64,000 bases of DNA from Dissulfuribacterales bacterium (GTDB taxonomy: Bacteria > Desulfobacterota > Dissulfuribacteria > Dissulfuribacterales > DYLC01): positions 3,426 through 67,425 of the forward strand of contig JBEULL010000020.1 of NCBI GenBank assembly GCA_041287365.1, read 5' to 3'. The notes under the pieces are model-generated. The model saw nothing but the letters and a program-made list of their open reading frames with translations. It was not told the origin of the DNA and ran no database searches. Of this stretch, positions 31,964 to 41,621 are shown piece by piece. The position numbers and the translations under genes were made by a program. The first letter of the stretch is position 1. Every line of letters begins with the position of its first letter.

Positions 31964-34054
31964 ATGCTGGATGCCCTTTTTTGTCCCAAATCCATTGCAC
32001 TGGTAGGTGCTTCGAGCCATCCTGGTAAGCTCGGTTATGAGATACTCAACAATCTCATAAAAAGCGGCTATGCGAACCCCATCTATCCCATAAACCCCAA
32101 GACTGAAAGTGTTCTAAGTCTGCCTTGCTTTCCGAACATTCAGGCTGTATCCGGCCCCATCGATCTCGCTATTATAGCTATTCCAGCCCAGTGTGTAATT
32201 GATGTCCTGAAGGATTGTGGTGAATGTGGCGTGAAGGCAGCCATAGTGATATCCGCCGGTTTTCGAGAGACAGGGCATGAAGGCCTGATGGCTGAAATGG
32301 AGATGGCACGGATTGCCGAGAGATATGGAATGGTTGTTGTTGGGCCTAATTGCCTTGGAGTGATGGACACCGCAACGCCCATGAATGCCTCGTTTGCCGC
32401 GGATATGGCCTTGTCTGGCAGCATAGCCTTCATGTCACAGTCAGGGGCTGTATGCACAGCTGTATTGGACACATCTTTAGATATGGGGCTTGGATTTTCC
32501 AAATTTGTAAGCCTGGGTAACAAGGCCCACTTAAATGAGCTGCATTTTCTGGAGGCATGGAAGACTGACGAGCAGTCCAATGTAATCATGGCCTATTTGG
32601 AAGGTATTTCTGATGGCAGAAAGTTTGTGAATGCAGCGCGAGTGGTTACCAAACACAAACCCCTGGTAGCCATCAAGGCGGGTGTCACAAATGCGGGATC
32701 AAAGGCGGTCAGTTCCCATACCGGTACACTGGCTGGCAGTGAAAAGGCGTATCACGCTGCATTTATGCAGTCAGGTGTTATACGTGTAGGATCCATCGAG
32801 GAATTGTTGGATATATCCAGGTTGTTTGCCCTGCAACCCCTGCCCAAAACCGATGATATGGCCGTTCTCACCAATGCAGGGGGCCCTGGTATTCTGGCTA
32901 CCGATGCTATGGAGCGCTCAGGTCTGCGTTTGGCATCTCTATCAAAAAGGACCATGGATACCCTTGCAGTTCAACTTCCGCCGGCAGCCAGTGTGTTAAA
33001 TCCTGTGGATATCCTTGGAGACGCCAGGGCCGATCGTTATCGATTGGCCCTTCAGGCCTTGTTGGAAGACGAGAATGTTTCCGCTGTGTTGGTAATTTTG
33101 ACGCCACAGATCATGACCGAAATCGAAGAGACCGCCAGAATAGTGGTCGAACTGAGTAACGTCTCATCCAAGGCCGTAGTGGCCTGTTTTATGGGCGAAA
33201 AACGTGTAAAACATGGAATAAGCCTACTTTCAGCAGGTGGTGTGCCCAATTATCCTTCACCTGATCGAGCGGTGCGAGGCCTTAAGGCCATGTGTATATA
33301 TCGTGACTGGCAGACCAAACCCCTTCCCGTGTTCCCATCCTTTGAGTTGGATAGAGGCAGGCTGCGGGCCATCTTCGATACTGCCAAACGAGAAAACAGA
33401 CTTGAAATGGGGGAGACAGAGGCAAGGGCTGTTTTAGAGGCATGTGCCATTCCTGTTCCTGCCTCCAAGCTCTGTGCATCTGCAGAGGAAGCCGTGGATT
33501 TTGCGGAGTCCATCGGATACCCGGTGGTTTTGAAGATCGCCTCTCCTGACATTCTGCACAAGACAGATATCGGTGGTGTGCGCATGAATCTTCTCTCAGC
33601 CTCGGCGGTCAGGGACGCCTTTGAACTCATCACTCTGCGTGCCGCCCGCACATTTCCCGAAGCGGAGATATGGGGCTGTCTGGTGCAAAAGCAGATCATG
33701 GGGGATGTGGAGGTGATTGTTGGAATGCACCGGGATCCCCAATTCGGGCCGCTGGTGATGTTTGGGCTTGGCGGAATCTATGTGGAGACATTGAAAGATG
33801 TTTCGTTTCGGCTGGCGCCTTTTTCTCGAGAAGAGGCCAAGGAGATGATCTCTGAGGTGCGTTCCGCCGGCATCCTTTATGGCGTAAGAGGTCGTAAGCG
33901 AAAGGATATAGAGGCAGTGGTGGAGGTGTTGTTGAAGGTTTCTTATCTGGTTACTGAATTTCCTGAGATTGTGGAGCTGGATATCAATCCACTTATGGTA
34001 TTCGATGATGGCCGTGGTGTCATGGCCTTGGATATGCGTCTGGTAATTTCTTGA
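31964..34054 (+). CDS. ADP-forming acetate--CoA ligase, fused alpha/beta
   Basis: GASSHPGKLG, GPNCLG, SQSGA, phospho-His motif SHTGTLAG, TNAGGPG, ATP-grasp HKTDIGGV, ELDINPL. Confidence 0.93.
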   Translation: MLDALFCPKSIALVGASSHPGKLGYEILNNLIKSGYANPIYPINPKTESVLSLPCFPNIQAVSGPIDLAIIAIPAQCVIDVLKDCGECGVKAAIVISAGFRETGHEGLMAEMEMARIAERYGMVVVGPNCLGVMDTATPMNASFAADMALSGSIAFMSQSGAVCTAVLDTSLDMGLGFSKFVSLGNKAHLNELHFLEAWKTDEQSNVIMAYLEGISDGRKFVNAARVVTKHKPLVAIKAGVTNAGSKAVSSHTGTLAGSEKAYHAAFMQSGVIRVGSIEELLDISRLFALQPLPKTDDMAVLTNAGGPGILATDAMERSGLRLASLSKRTMDTLAVQLPPAASVLNPVDILGDARADRYRLALQALLEDENVSAVLVILTPQIMTEIEETARIVVELSNVSSKAVVACFMGEKRVKHGISLLSAGGVPNYPSPDRAVRGLKAMCIYRDWQTKPLPVFPSFELDRGRLRAIFDTAKRENRLEMGETEARAVLEACAIPVPASKLCASAEEAVDFAESIGYPVVLKIASPDILHKTDIGGVRMNLLSASAVRDAFELITLRAARTFPEAEIWGCLVQKQIMGDVEVIVGMHRDPQFGPLVMFGLGGIYVETLKDVSFRLAPFSREEAKEMISEVRSAGILYGVRGRKRKDIEAVVEVLLKVSYLVTEFPEIVELDINPLMVFDDGRGVMALDMRLVIS

Positions 34055-34129
34055 TTCCGCATCTTGGGATATGGAAGATCTGAGATTTGGATGCATTTAT
34101 GAGATTGCACAGCATTGACTGGAGGTAAT

Positions 34130-35194
34130 ATGGCAAAGACCCTTTATGTGACATCCACACAGAATTTTTCCGGCAAAAGCGCCCTGTGTATCGGTTTATT
34201 TAGACATTTTCAAGCGATGGGATTGAAAATGGGTTATATGAAGCCGTTCAGCGCCACTGCCAAGGTTGTGGATGGCTATTTGGTGGATGAGGATACGGTT
34301 TTTCTCAAAAATACATTTGGAATACAGGATCCGCTGAATATGATGTCACCTGTAATCCTCAGTATTCCGCTTTTGCAGGATGCCCTGAAAAAGGTCGAGA
34401 ATCCCCAATCATCGGTGCTAAAGACCTTTGATACTCTGTGCAGGGATAAAGATGTTATGGTGGTGGAGGGCGGTGCCAATCTGCGGGAGGGCTGGGTGTT
34501 CAATCTATCACCGTGTCAGGTTGCGCCGTTGTTTGACTCAAGGGTCTTGGTTGTGACTCCGTTTGATTCTGAACTCCAGTGTGTGGACGATCTGATTACG
34601 GCCCGAGTGCGATTCGGCGACCGGCTTCTGGGGGTTGTAATTAATAGGGTGCCTAAACACAGAGTCGCATGGGTCAACGACTTCGTAATGCCCTTTTTTG
34701 AGAATGAAGGGCTTGCAGTGCTGGCGGTTCTGCCCAAGGAAAAGACCCTGCTTTCTATAAGTGTCAGAGACCTGGTGAATGGTCTGGGGGGTGAGGTGCT
34801 TTGTGCCAGGGACAAGCAGGAGGAACTTGTGGAAAATCTGCTGGTCGGGGCCATGAGTGTGGACAATGCCTTGAAATACTTCCGTCGCAAGCCCAATAAG
34901 GCCATAATCACAGGTGGCGACCGGCCGGATATACAGCTTGCAGCCCTTGAGACATCCACCAAGTGCATCATATTGACCGGCAATATTCGTCCAAGCCCTT
35001 TGATCCTTGGAAAGGCCGAGGATGCCGGAGTGCCCATTATTCTCACACAACACGACACCATGACGGCCGTGGAGATCATCGAGGGCTTTTTCGGCAAGAC
35101 CCGTTTTCATCAGCAACAAAAGATACAGAGATTCGAGGCGTTGATGCAGGAACACATGGATTTTAAACGGCTGAATGCCTTGATGCAGATTTGA
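34130..35194 (+). CDS. phosphotransacetylase N-terminal-like protein (BioD-like P-loop plus DRTGG)
   Basis: STQNFSGKS, VVEGG, ITGGDRPDIQLAALE; no PTA catalytic domain; RBS GGAGG. Confidence 0.9.
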   Translation: MAKTLYVTSTQNFSGKSALCIGLFRHFQAMGLKMGYMKPFSATAKVVDGYLVDEDTVFLKNTFGIQDPLNMMSPVILSIPLLQDALKKVENPQSSVLKTFDTLCRDKDVMVVEGGANLREGWVFNLSPCQVAPLFDSRVLVVTPFDSELQCVDDLITARVRFGDRLLGVVINRVPKHRVAWVNDFVMPFFENEGLAVLAVLPKEKTLLSISVRDLVNGLGGEVLCARDKQEELVENLLVGAMSVDNALKYFRRKPNKAIITGGDRPDIQLAALETSTKCIILTGNIRPSPLILGKAEDAGVPIILTQHDTMTAVEIIEGFFGKTRFHQQQKIQRFEALMQEHMDFKRLNALMQI

Positions 35195-35218
35195 TGAGGT
35201 AAAGAGAGGAAAGAGGCG

Positions 35219-35869
35219 CTAATTCGCTGCTGATAAAATGGCGTCGGCAGCGGCGATATCGTCTATATGTATCACCTCTTCGATCAGGCCGCTTTCCAGG
35301 GTATATATCCAGCCATGGATATTCAGACGCTGTCCTTTTTGCCAGGCGGAACGAATGGATGCTATCTGGGCAAGCTGTTTTGTCTGTTCGAGGACATTTA
35401 ATCTCACCAGGGCGTTTACCTGTTCGTGAAAAGGCAATCCCTTCAGGCTGTCCCTGTGTCTGATGAAGAGTGTCTGAATGGGTCTTACCCAATGGGCCAC
35501 GAGTTCCGGGGCGTCATTTCGAATCGCTGCCTTGACACCTCCGCAATCAGAATGCCCCACAACCAGTATGTGCTGCACCCTCAATACGGTTATGGCAAAT
35601 TCTATCACCGACAGGCAGTTCATGTCTGCTGCCTGTATCTGATTGGCGATGTTTCTGTGCACGAAGACCTCGCCTGGCTGCATGCCTATGAGCTGATTGG
35701 CTGGAACGCGTGCATCCGAACAACCTATCCAGAGAAGTGAAGGTGCATGGATTTGTGATAATTTTTCAAAGAAATTCGAGTCGTTTTTCTGAATTTCCGC
35801 TGCCCATAGGCGGTTGTTGAGCAATGCCTTTTCTGTCAGGTCAAAGGGGGTATCAACAGGTTGCGTCAT
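35219..35869 (-). CDS. can: beta-class carbonic anhydrase
   Basis: WIGCSDARV, FVHRNIAN, GHSDCGG, HGWIY. Confidence 0.95.
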   Translation of the reverse strand: MTQPVDTPFDLTEKALLNNRLWAAEIQKNDSNFFEKLSQIHAPSLLWIGCSDARVPANQLIGMQPGEVFVHRNIANQIQAADMNCLSVIEFAITVLRVQHILVVGHSDCGGVKAAIRNDAPELVAHWVRPIQTLFIRHRDSLKGLPFHEQVNALVRLNVLEQTKQLAQIASIRSAWQKGQRLNIHGWIYTLESGLIEEVIHIDDIAAADAILSAAN

Positions 35870-35874
35870 GGTTT

Positions 35875-36345
35875 TTAGTCCCTTGCCGGTATTATTATAG
35901 GGCTTGATACGCCCTGTGTTACGGCTGTCTCTTCGATAATTTTCAGGGTGTTTTTTTCAAACGGTAGCGCATGTAAGTCCTGAATGGCCAGCCAGCGCGC
36001 CTCCAGTGCATCATCCCTGGGGGATGGCTGGCCTTGAAGATATTGTGCCAGAATATAGATAATAGCGTAGTGAAATCGCACAACACCGTCTTCGTCGTGA
36101 TAAATGGCATCCACAGCCGTCAAGAACCGCAGGGGCTGTACCAAAACCCCTGTCTCTTCCAGGGTTTCTCGTATGGCTGCATCAAACAGCGTCTCACCCA
36201 GCTTTACACTTCCACCAGGCAATGCCCAGGTGTTTTCAGCAGGGGGATTTCTGCGTTTTACAGCCAGAATCTCCTTTTCGTTCAATACGACCGTGGAGAC
36301 GGCCAGGTGTGGAATGGTGGGGTATTCTCTTGTCATTAAAATCAA
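35875..36345 (-). CDS. NUDIX hydrolase
   Basis: Nudix box PGGSVKLGETLFDAAIRETLEETG. Confidence 0.93.
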   Translation of the reverse strand: MILMTREYPTIPHLAVSTVVLNEKEILAVKRRNPPAENTWALPGGSVKLGETLFDAAIRETLEETGVLVQPLRFLTAVDAIYHDEDGVVRFHYAIIYILAQYLQGQPSPRDDALEARWLAIQDLHALPFEKNTLKIIEETAVTQGVSSPIIIPARD

Positions 36346-37130
36346 AAACGATAAGTCAGTCCAGCCAATAGAGTATAGTCGGTCTCTACATCGTTTAAGC
36401 CGAATTTTACACCTGCGTCCAGGTCCAAGTCTTCATTTACTGAATATACCACACCGCCCAGTAAAAAGGCAGGGTCTGTATTTGATTCTCTATCTGTATT
36501 GGTCTCTATGCCGGTATTGGCCACCAGTTTCAGGTGCTCCACCACCTCCCATTCACCTGCTATGGAAGCGTGCCAGATATCCTTGCGTTCGTCAAGGCAG
36601 TTTTCATTGCGTTTGTAACCCAGATTCATATGAAGAGTAAACGGCTTCAGCTCCTGTGTGCCTATAAGAAACATACTGTAACCCACCTTTCCTGCTCCAA
36701 GCCCCTTGTCTTCGTCGCCTGTGGGCAAAATAATGCCTGGTTTGATGGCCAGGCTTGTGCCATCGTGTTCCCAAAAACGCCATTTTGCCTCAAAGGTGAC
36801 ATCACTGAAGCCGTTTTCTTTGGCCACAGTCAGGCCGTCTTCTTCTCCCTTGAGCCATTGATATGGCGTTGTCAGCACAAGGTCGATGTCATCGGTGATG
36901 CCATACGACAGGCTAGCGCCAAGCTGCCATTCCTTTTCTTTTACTGAAATCCCCTGAATGTGTTCCTTGTCGTAATTGTATTCGCCACTGACCTCCAATT
37001 CCGTTTTCCCTTTGCCCTGTACACCTGTGTCATCGGTGATGAGGGGATGCATGGCAAGGGCTGTGGTTGCCTGACAGGTTAAGAGCAACGAAGTCAATAA
37101 AAGTCCCTTTGTTGTGTTTGAAAAATACAT
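36342..37130 (-). CDS. outer-membrane beta-barrel protein (putative transporter)
   Basis: Signal peptide ending ALA-MHPLITDD, amphipathic beta strands, C-terminal YRF; ATG 37130 with RBS GGAGG. Confidence 0.8.
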   Translation of the reverse strand: MYFSNTTKGLLLTSLLLTCQATTALAMHPLITDDTGVQGKGKTELEVSGEYNYDKEHIQGISVKEKEWQLGASLSYGITDDIDLVLTTPYQWLKGEEDGLTVAKENGFSDVTFEAKWRFWEHDGTSLAIKPGIILPTGDEDKGLGAGKVGYSMFLIGTQELKPFTLHMNLGYKRNENCLDERKDIWHASIAGEWEVVEHLKLVANTGIETNTDRESNTDPAFLLGGVVYSVNEDLDLDAGVKFGLNDVETDYTLLAGLTYRF

Positions 37131-37290
37131 TTTTATTCCTCCCGTATGTTTTTTATTTGAAAATGTAACATAATTGAGTATGTAATCCAAGAGATGGCAT
37201 CGAGCATTCTCTGCTTTATTTCTGCATCGCTTCGCTCGCAATGACGAGCGGAAGGGCTTCCCCGCTTTTAACATGGCTTCTCCATACTTT

Positions 37291-39453
37291 TTAATAAAAT
37301 CGGTAAATTGCCCCTCCAACTTTTTGAATGATGAATGCTACGACCCAGGCCAGGACCATAAGATAGCCTACTGCAAAGCCTGCCCAGCCAAACGAACCTG
37401 TTTCACGCCAGATGGTGACGACTGTTACCATACATGGCACATAGATGAGGACGAATGCCATGAAGGCCAGGGCTGTGACCGGCGTCATGCCGCTTTTTTG
37501 AAGGGCGTTTTGGAGTCCTGCCGTGTCCTCTTCGTCAGTACCTTTTGCCTGATAGAGCACGCCCATGGTGCTCACCACCACCTCTTTGGCCACAAAGCCG
37601 GTAAGCAGTGCCACGCCAAGTTTCCAATCAAAATCAAGCGGTCTGATTATGGGCTCGATTACTTGTCCGATCCTGCCTATGTAGCTGGCCTGAAGGCGCT
37701 CTGCCTGTTCTTTTTGTTCGAGTTCGCTTATCCTTGCCTTCAGTTCTTCGTTGGCAGGTGTCTGGGCATCTATCTGTTGTTGGATAGCGACTTTTGCCGC
37801 CTCATAATCCATGCTGAGCGGCACATCCTTGGGATATGCCCCCAAAAACCATATAATTACGGAAAACACCAAAACTACGCCTCCCATCTTTTGAAGGTAT
37901 ACCTTGGCCTTGTCCCAGGCGTGTATGAGCAGGCCCTTGACCGTGGGCATTCGGTAAGGCGGGAGTTCCATGACAAATGGTGTGGCCTCGCCTCTGAAAA
38001 TGGTTTTACTGAATATCCTGCCCATGAGTACTGCCATGCCCACACCCAAAAGATATATGCCGAATATGACATTTCCTGCATGCTTGGGAAAGAATGTCCC
38101 TGCGATCAAGACATATACTGGAAGCCGGGCGGAACAGCTCATGAGGGGGTTGAGCAGGATGGTAAGGATGCGGTCACGCCGACTCTCTAATGTCCTAGCT
38201 GCCATGATGGCCGAGACATTGCAGCCAAAGCCCATAACGAACGGAATGAAGGACTTACCATGCAGACCAAGCAGGTGCATCACCCTGTCCATGATAAAAG
38301 CGGCCCTTGCCATGTAGCCGGTGTCTTCCAGCAGGCTTATGCCCATGAACAAAATAATGATGTTGGGAAGGAACACCATGACTCCGCCTACGCCGTTTAT
38401 TATTCCATCCGAGAGCAAATCCTTCAGGAATCCATTCGGAAGAAGATGTTTCGTGATGTCGGCAAGAAAGGCGACACCGGTTTCGATCCATGATTTGGGA
38501 TATTCTCCAAGAATAAAGGTGGATTGAAACAGGAGATACATGAAGAATAGAAGGATGGGGAGACCCAGGAGCCTGTTGGTGAGTATCTTGTCGATCTCAT
38601 AGCTCATGTCTCTTTTGGCCACTGCGGCCAGCCTGACGGTTTCCTTGAGCGCACCTGAAATGAAGCCGTATCTGGCCTCCGTGATGATCACATCCGCTTC
38701 ATCTTCGAAGAGTTCTTTGATGTGGTCGCGGGATTTCTCCACCTGTTTCAGGACGGTTTCAGCTCCCGAATGAGAAGACAGTTCTTTCATTACCAGCGGG
38801 TCGTTCTCCAGCAGTTTTATGGCGCTCCATCTTGGGTAGTATCTCGCTGCGAATTCAGGCGTTTTTTCCTTCAGCAGTCTCTTGATGGTCTGAATTTCCT
38901 CTTCTACTTCAGGACCGTAACTGACATGAATGTGACGGGAAACGGAATCTCTTCCATCCACAACCTCTTTTGCCTTGTCCAGCAATTCCTCGATGCCGGT
39001 GCCTTTGGTGCCGATGGTTTGAACGATGGGTACTCCAAGAAGCTTGGCGAGTTGCTCATAATCTATGAGCAGCCCTTTGTCCTTGGCCATGTCCACCATG
39101 TTCATTGCAAATACCAGTCGAATATTGAGTTCTATGAGCTGACAGGCCAGATAGAGATTGCGCTCCAGGTTGGAGGCATCCAATACGACTACCACCACAT
39201 CCGGCCGTTCTTTCAGAATGAAGTCCCGTGATATCACCTCTTCCATGGAGTAGGCCGTGAGGGAATATATGCCCGGCAGATCCACTACCGTGAATTGTGT
39301 TCCCTTGTGTTCTCTTACCCCTTCTTTTTTCTCCACTGTGACACCGGCCCAGTTTCCTACCTTTTGTCTGGCGCCTGTGAGCTGATTGAATATGGTGGTT
39401 TTGCCTGCATTGGGGTTTCCGGCAAGGGCCATTGTGATATGTTTTGAATCCAT
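37291..39453 (-). CDS. feoB: ferrous iron transporter B
   Basis: GNPNAGKT, VGNWAGVTVE, DLPG.YSL, GFGCNV, MSCSARL, FVMELP.Y, AKEVVV. Confidence 0.98.
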   Translation of the reverse strand: MDSKHITMALAGNPNAGKTTIFNQLTGARQKVGNWAGVTVEKKEGVREHKGTQFTVVDLPGIYSLTAYSMEEVISRDFILKERPDVVVVVLDASNLERNLYLACQLIELNIRLVFAMNMVDMAKDKGLLIDYEQLAKLLGVPIVQTIGTKGTGIEELLDKAKEVVDGRDSVSRHIHVSYGPEVEEEIQTIKRLLKEKTPEFAARYYPRWSAIKLLENDPLVMKELSSHSGAETVLKQVEKSRDHIKELFEDEADVIITEARYGFISGALKETVRLAAVAKRDMSYEIDKILTNRLLGLPILLFFMYLLFQSTFILGEYPKSWIETGVAFLADITKHLLPNGFLKDLLSDGIINGVGGVMVFLPNIIILFMGISLLEDTGYMARAAFIMDRVMHLLGLHGKSFIPFVMGFGCNVSAIMAARTLESRRDRILTILLNPLMSCSARLPVYVLIAGTFFPKHAGNVIFGIYLLGVGMAVLMGRIFSKTIFRGEATPFVMELPPYRMPTVKGLLIHAWDKAKVYLQKMGGVVLVFSVIIWFLGAYPKDVPLSMDYEAAKVAIQQQIDAQTPANEELKARISELEQKEQAERLQASYIGRIGQVIEPIIRPLDFDWKLGVALLTGFVAKEVVVSTMGVLYQAKGTDEEDTAGLQNALQKSGMTPVTALAFMAFVLIYVPCMVTVVTIWRETGSFGWAGFAVGYLMVLAWVVAFIIQKVGGAIYRFY

Positions 39454-39550
39454 TCACTCTCCTCCCGATCAATTAAACAGTTTTTGAGGTTATCCAAATT
39501 GTTTTTTGCTTAACAAAGTTATGTAACAAAAAAAATAAGTTGGTCATACC

Positions 39551-39769
39551 TCAATACTCGACCTGAATTTTTTGGGCCATTCCACGGCCAAGCAGCATCT
39601 TGGAGCCGTTTTTTTCGAACACCACAGGGCCATGTGGTATGTTTTGCAGGATTTTCAGCTTTGTCCCAGGCAAAATACCCAGTTCCAAAATGCGTCGATA
39701 CATCCCACAGCCGGAATCGACATGCTTGACCGTAGCTACGACACCGTTTTTTACCTCAGATAGATACAT
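39551..39769 (-). CDS. feoA: FeoA family protein
   Basis: RRILELGILPG, GPVV, LGRGMA; ATG 39769 after GAGG. Confidence 0.92.
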   Translation of the reverse strand: MYLSEVKNGVVATVKHVDSGCGMYRRILELGILPGTKLKILQNIPHGPVVFEKNGSKMLLGRGMAQKIQVEY

Positions 39770-39898
39770 GGTTATTTCCTCTGTCCTCGAAAAGGGCAAT
39801 TTCGTCTGCACAACAGACAGGTCAACCCCTCTTTTGTGCAGCGTCGGTTTTTTATACAATATAATGGTTTTTGCTGCCTGCATTTCATCTTGTTGTTT

Positions 39899-40636
39899 TC
39901 AGGAGTTTTGTATTTCAATATGGACATGGCTTGCTTCCTTCTTGCGTAAAGATACATGATAGCCTTTGATAAGCAGTTCTTGAGGGTCTGCAAGGGGTGC
40001 TGTCTTGATAAATTCCACTTCTGCGTCCTTGATCAGGCCCATTTCTCGAAGCCGCTTGGCCAGATTTCCATGGGCTTCTATGCGCAACACCCTTGCCTTT
40101 TGGCCGGGAAGCAGTTGATCGAGGGTCGTGACGCCTGAGGGGCAAGCCTCGCGGTTGCCGCTGTCATTGGCAGGGACGGTATTTGTCTCCACTGTCTGTT
40201 TTGGGCAGAAATAGCCTTTTTCAGGAGAATAATCAAAACCAGCCTTTCGGCATGCTGACATGAAGGATGTCAATGCCTCAAAACGTTCCAGCATGTCGGA
40301 TGTGACCATGTGTTCCATTTTACATGCCAGGTCATCGGCTTGTTCGTCGGGTACCGCCATTACTACGCTGAAAAATGTCTTTAACGATTCATGTCGCCTG
40401 GCTACATCGTTGGCGAGTGTGCGGCCGGTTTCTGTGAGGGTGATCACATCGTAGGGTGCGTAATTGATCATGCCTTTTTGTGTCAGCATCTTCAATGCAC
40501 CAGTAACTGAAGAGTTATTGACCCTCAATGCCTTGGCGATATCTTTGGCCTTGGCTGCACCTTTTTGAGAGATGATACGCAAAATGGCCTCCAAATAATC
40601 CTCAAGGCTTGCGCTCAGTGAAGTCATGGTAGGCAT
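39899..40636 (-). CDS. DtxR/MntR-family metal-dependent regulator with C-terminal FeoA domain
   Basis: SLEDYLEAI, HTH SVT.AL..L, RRHE.L..FF, ACKMEH; C-terminal RLREMGL, APLADP, SLRKKEA. Confidence 0.93.
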   Translation of the reverse strand: MPTMTSLSASLEDYLEAILRIISQKGAAKAKDIAKALRVNNSSVTGALKMLTQKGMINYAPYDVITLTETGRTLANDVARRHESLKTFFSVVMAVPDEQADDLACKMEHMVTSDMLERFEALTSFMSACRKAGFDYSPEKGYFCPKQTVETNTVPANDSGNREACPSGVTTLDQLLPGQKARVLRIEAHGNLAKRLREMGLIKDAEVEFIKTAPLADPQELLIKGYHVSLRKKEASHVHIEIQNS

Positions 40637-40739
40637 ATGGAACCTCCTTTAATCAAAAATAAAAAATGAAATATGTGTTCCCGTTCAAGCCTGTCCATAC
40701 CGTCGATTAGAACGACACACGGATGCATCTACTTGCCTA

Positions 40740-40765
40740 ATATTTTTAGGATTGCCTAAAAATAT
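40740..40765. promoter_or_regulatory. DtxR/SirR-type operator
   Basis: Perfect 11-bp inverted repeat ATATTTTTAGG-attg-CCTAAAAATAT with TTAGG-N4-CCTAA core, ~100 bp upstream of the DtxR-family gene. Confidence 0.75.
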
Positions 40766-40882
40766 ACAGTAAGTCAAATTTTTGTCAAGAGATAACACAA
40801 TATTTTCTTTCACTGTAGAATAAAAAAGACCGAATAACGCTGGATAGCCTTGATCAACTAATGGAGTGGAATGCAACAACAG

Positions 40883-40918
40883 CATGTGCAATAATTGCGA
40901 CATGTGCAAAAAATGCAT
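40883..40918. promoter_or_regulatory. putative enhancer (bEBP upstream activation sequence)
   Basis: Tandem 18-bp units CATGTGCAATAATTGCGA / CATGTGCAAAAAATGCAT, each with a TGCA-W5-TGC dyad, ~100-130 bp upstream of a sigma54 promoter. Confidence 0.5.
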
Positions 40919-41013
40919 GTGCGGAACTCTTAAAAAGGCCTTAAATAGCGTTTTAGTGAGCAAAAAGCCGTGTTGGTGGTAGGATAGGTGGAAGAATGCG
41001 CTTTATGATAGAT

Positions 41014-41029
41014 TGGCATTCGGTTTGCA
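41014..41029 (+). promoter_or_regulatory. sigma54 (-24/-12) promoter
   Basis: TGGCATTCGGTTTGCA, exact GG-N10-GC. Confidence 0.75.
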
Positions 41030-41039
41030 ATATACATAA

Positions 41040-41121
41040 TCGAACAAAGACAACCTCATAACCCTCCCAACCCTCCTCTCCATAAAGGCCTTCTTAATTA
41101 ACCATTAGGAAGGCCTTTTTT
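41040..41121 (+). ncRNA. candidate sigma54-dependent small RNA with anti-SD motifs
   Basis: Lies between a sigma54 promoter and a strong terminator; no ORF; AACCTC, AACCCTCC x2 and TCTCC motifs. Confidence 0.6.
41084..41121 (+). terminator. Rho-independent terminator
   Basis: 15-bp stem AAAGGCCTTCTTAAT / ATTAGGAAGGCCTTT (one G-U pair) ending in a T run. Confidence 0.85.
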
Positions 41122-41156
41122 ATGATATTAGATAGGGGTGTAAAGGCAGATAGTCA

Positions 41157-41621
41157 ATGCGGCATGTAAGACATCTTGTTTTTGAAACCATTTCATTCAT
41201 TGCCCTATCGTTGCAAGCTGTTACTTTTCCTTCTTTTGCTTCGGCTGCCCCTGAAATTATTCCGCAATACGATGAAAATACTGAGATTGTCCTAGTCGGT
41301 GAGGTGATTAACTCCGATGTGGACAGCGATCTAAACCTTAGATACCTGGACATCAATGCATCCAAGCGGTGTTATAGAGTCTTTTTGGCGCCTGAATGGT
41401 TTATAGTCAAACACCATGTTCCCTGTATTAGGGGGGCTATCGTGGAGGTGGTGGGTTCCAAATTTTATTGTGATGCAGGAATGCTCTCTGTTCTGGCCAA
41501 GCACATCCGTTACCTGCCTTCCGGCAAGACATTGGTGCTTCGGGATGCTGCAAGCCGTCCGATCTGGCGTCAAGGCCATGATTGGGGCACCTGTATTCGT
41601 TATCAGCCCAAAAAACAATGA
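41157..41621 (+). CDS. exported OB-fold-like hypothetical protein
   Basis: Signal peptide; YD..TE....G.V, V.LAPEWF, G..VEV.GSK, LRD...RPIW. Confidence 0.7.
   Translation: MRHVRHLVFETISFIALSLQAVTFPSFASAAPEIIPQYDENTEIVLVGEVINSDVDSDLNLRYLDINASKRCYRVFLAPEWFIVKHHVPCIRGAIVEVVGSKFYCDAGMLSVLAKHIRYLPSGKTLVLRDAASRPIWRQGHDWGTCIRYQPKKQ

Noticed and set aside
37227..37262. CGCTTCGCTCGCAATGACGAGCG small hairpin after feoB
   Set aside because: Probably a remnant of a dispersed repeat or a terminator; single short copy, not enough support.
37273..38190. 305-aa + strand ORF and other long antisense ORFs (e.g. 29486-30169, 34538-35155, 468-1073)
   Set aside because: Shadow ORFs opposite well-supported genes, with no motifs.
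41040..41121. 6S RNA (because a 5-formyl-THF cyclo-ligase gene is nearby)
   Set aside because: Too short, no long rod structure, and separated from that gene by another ORF.
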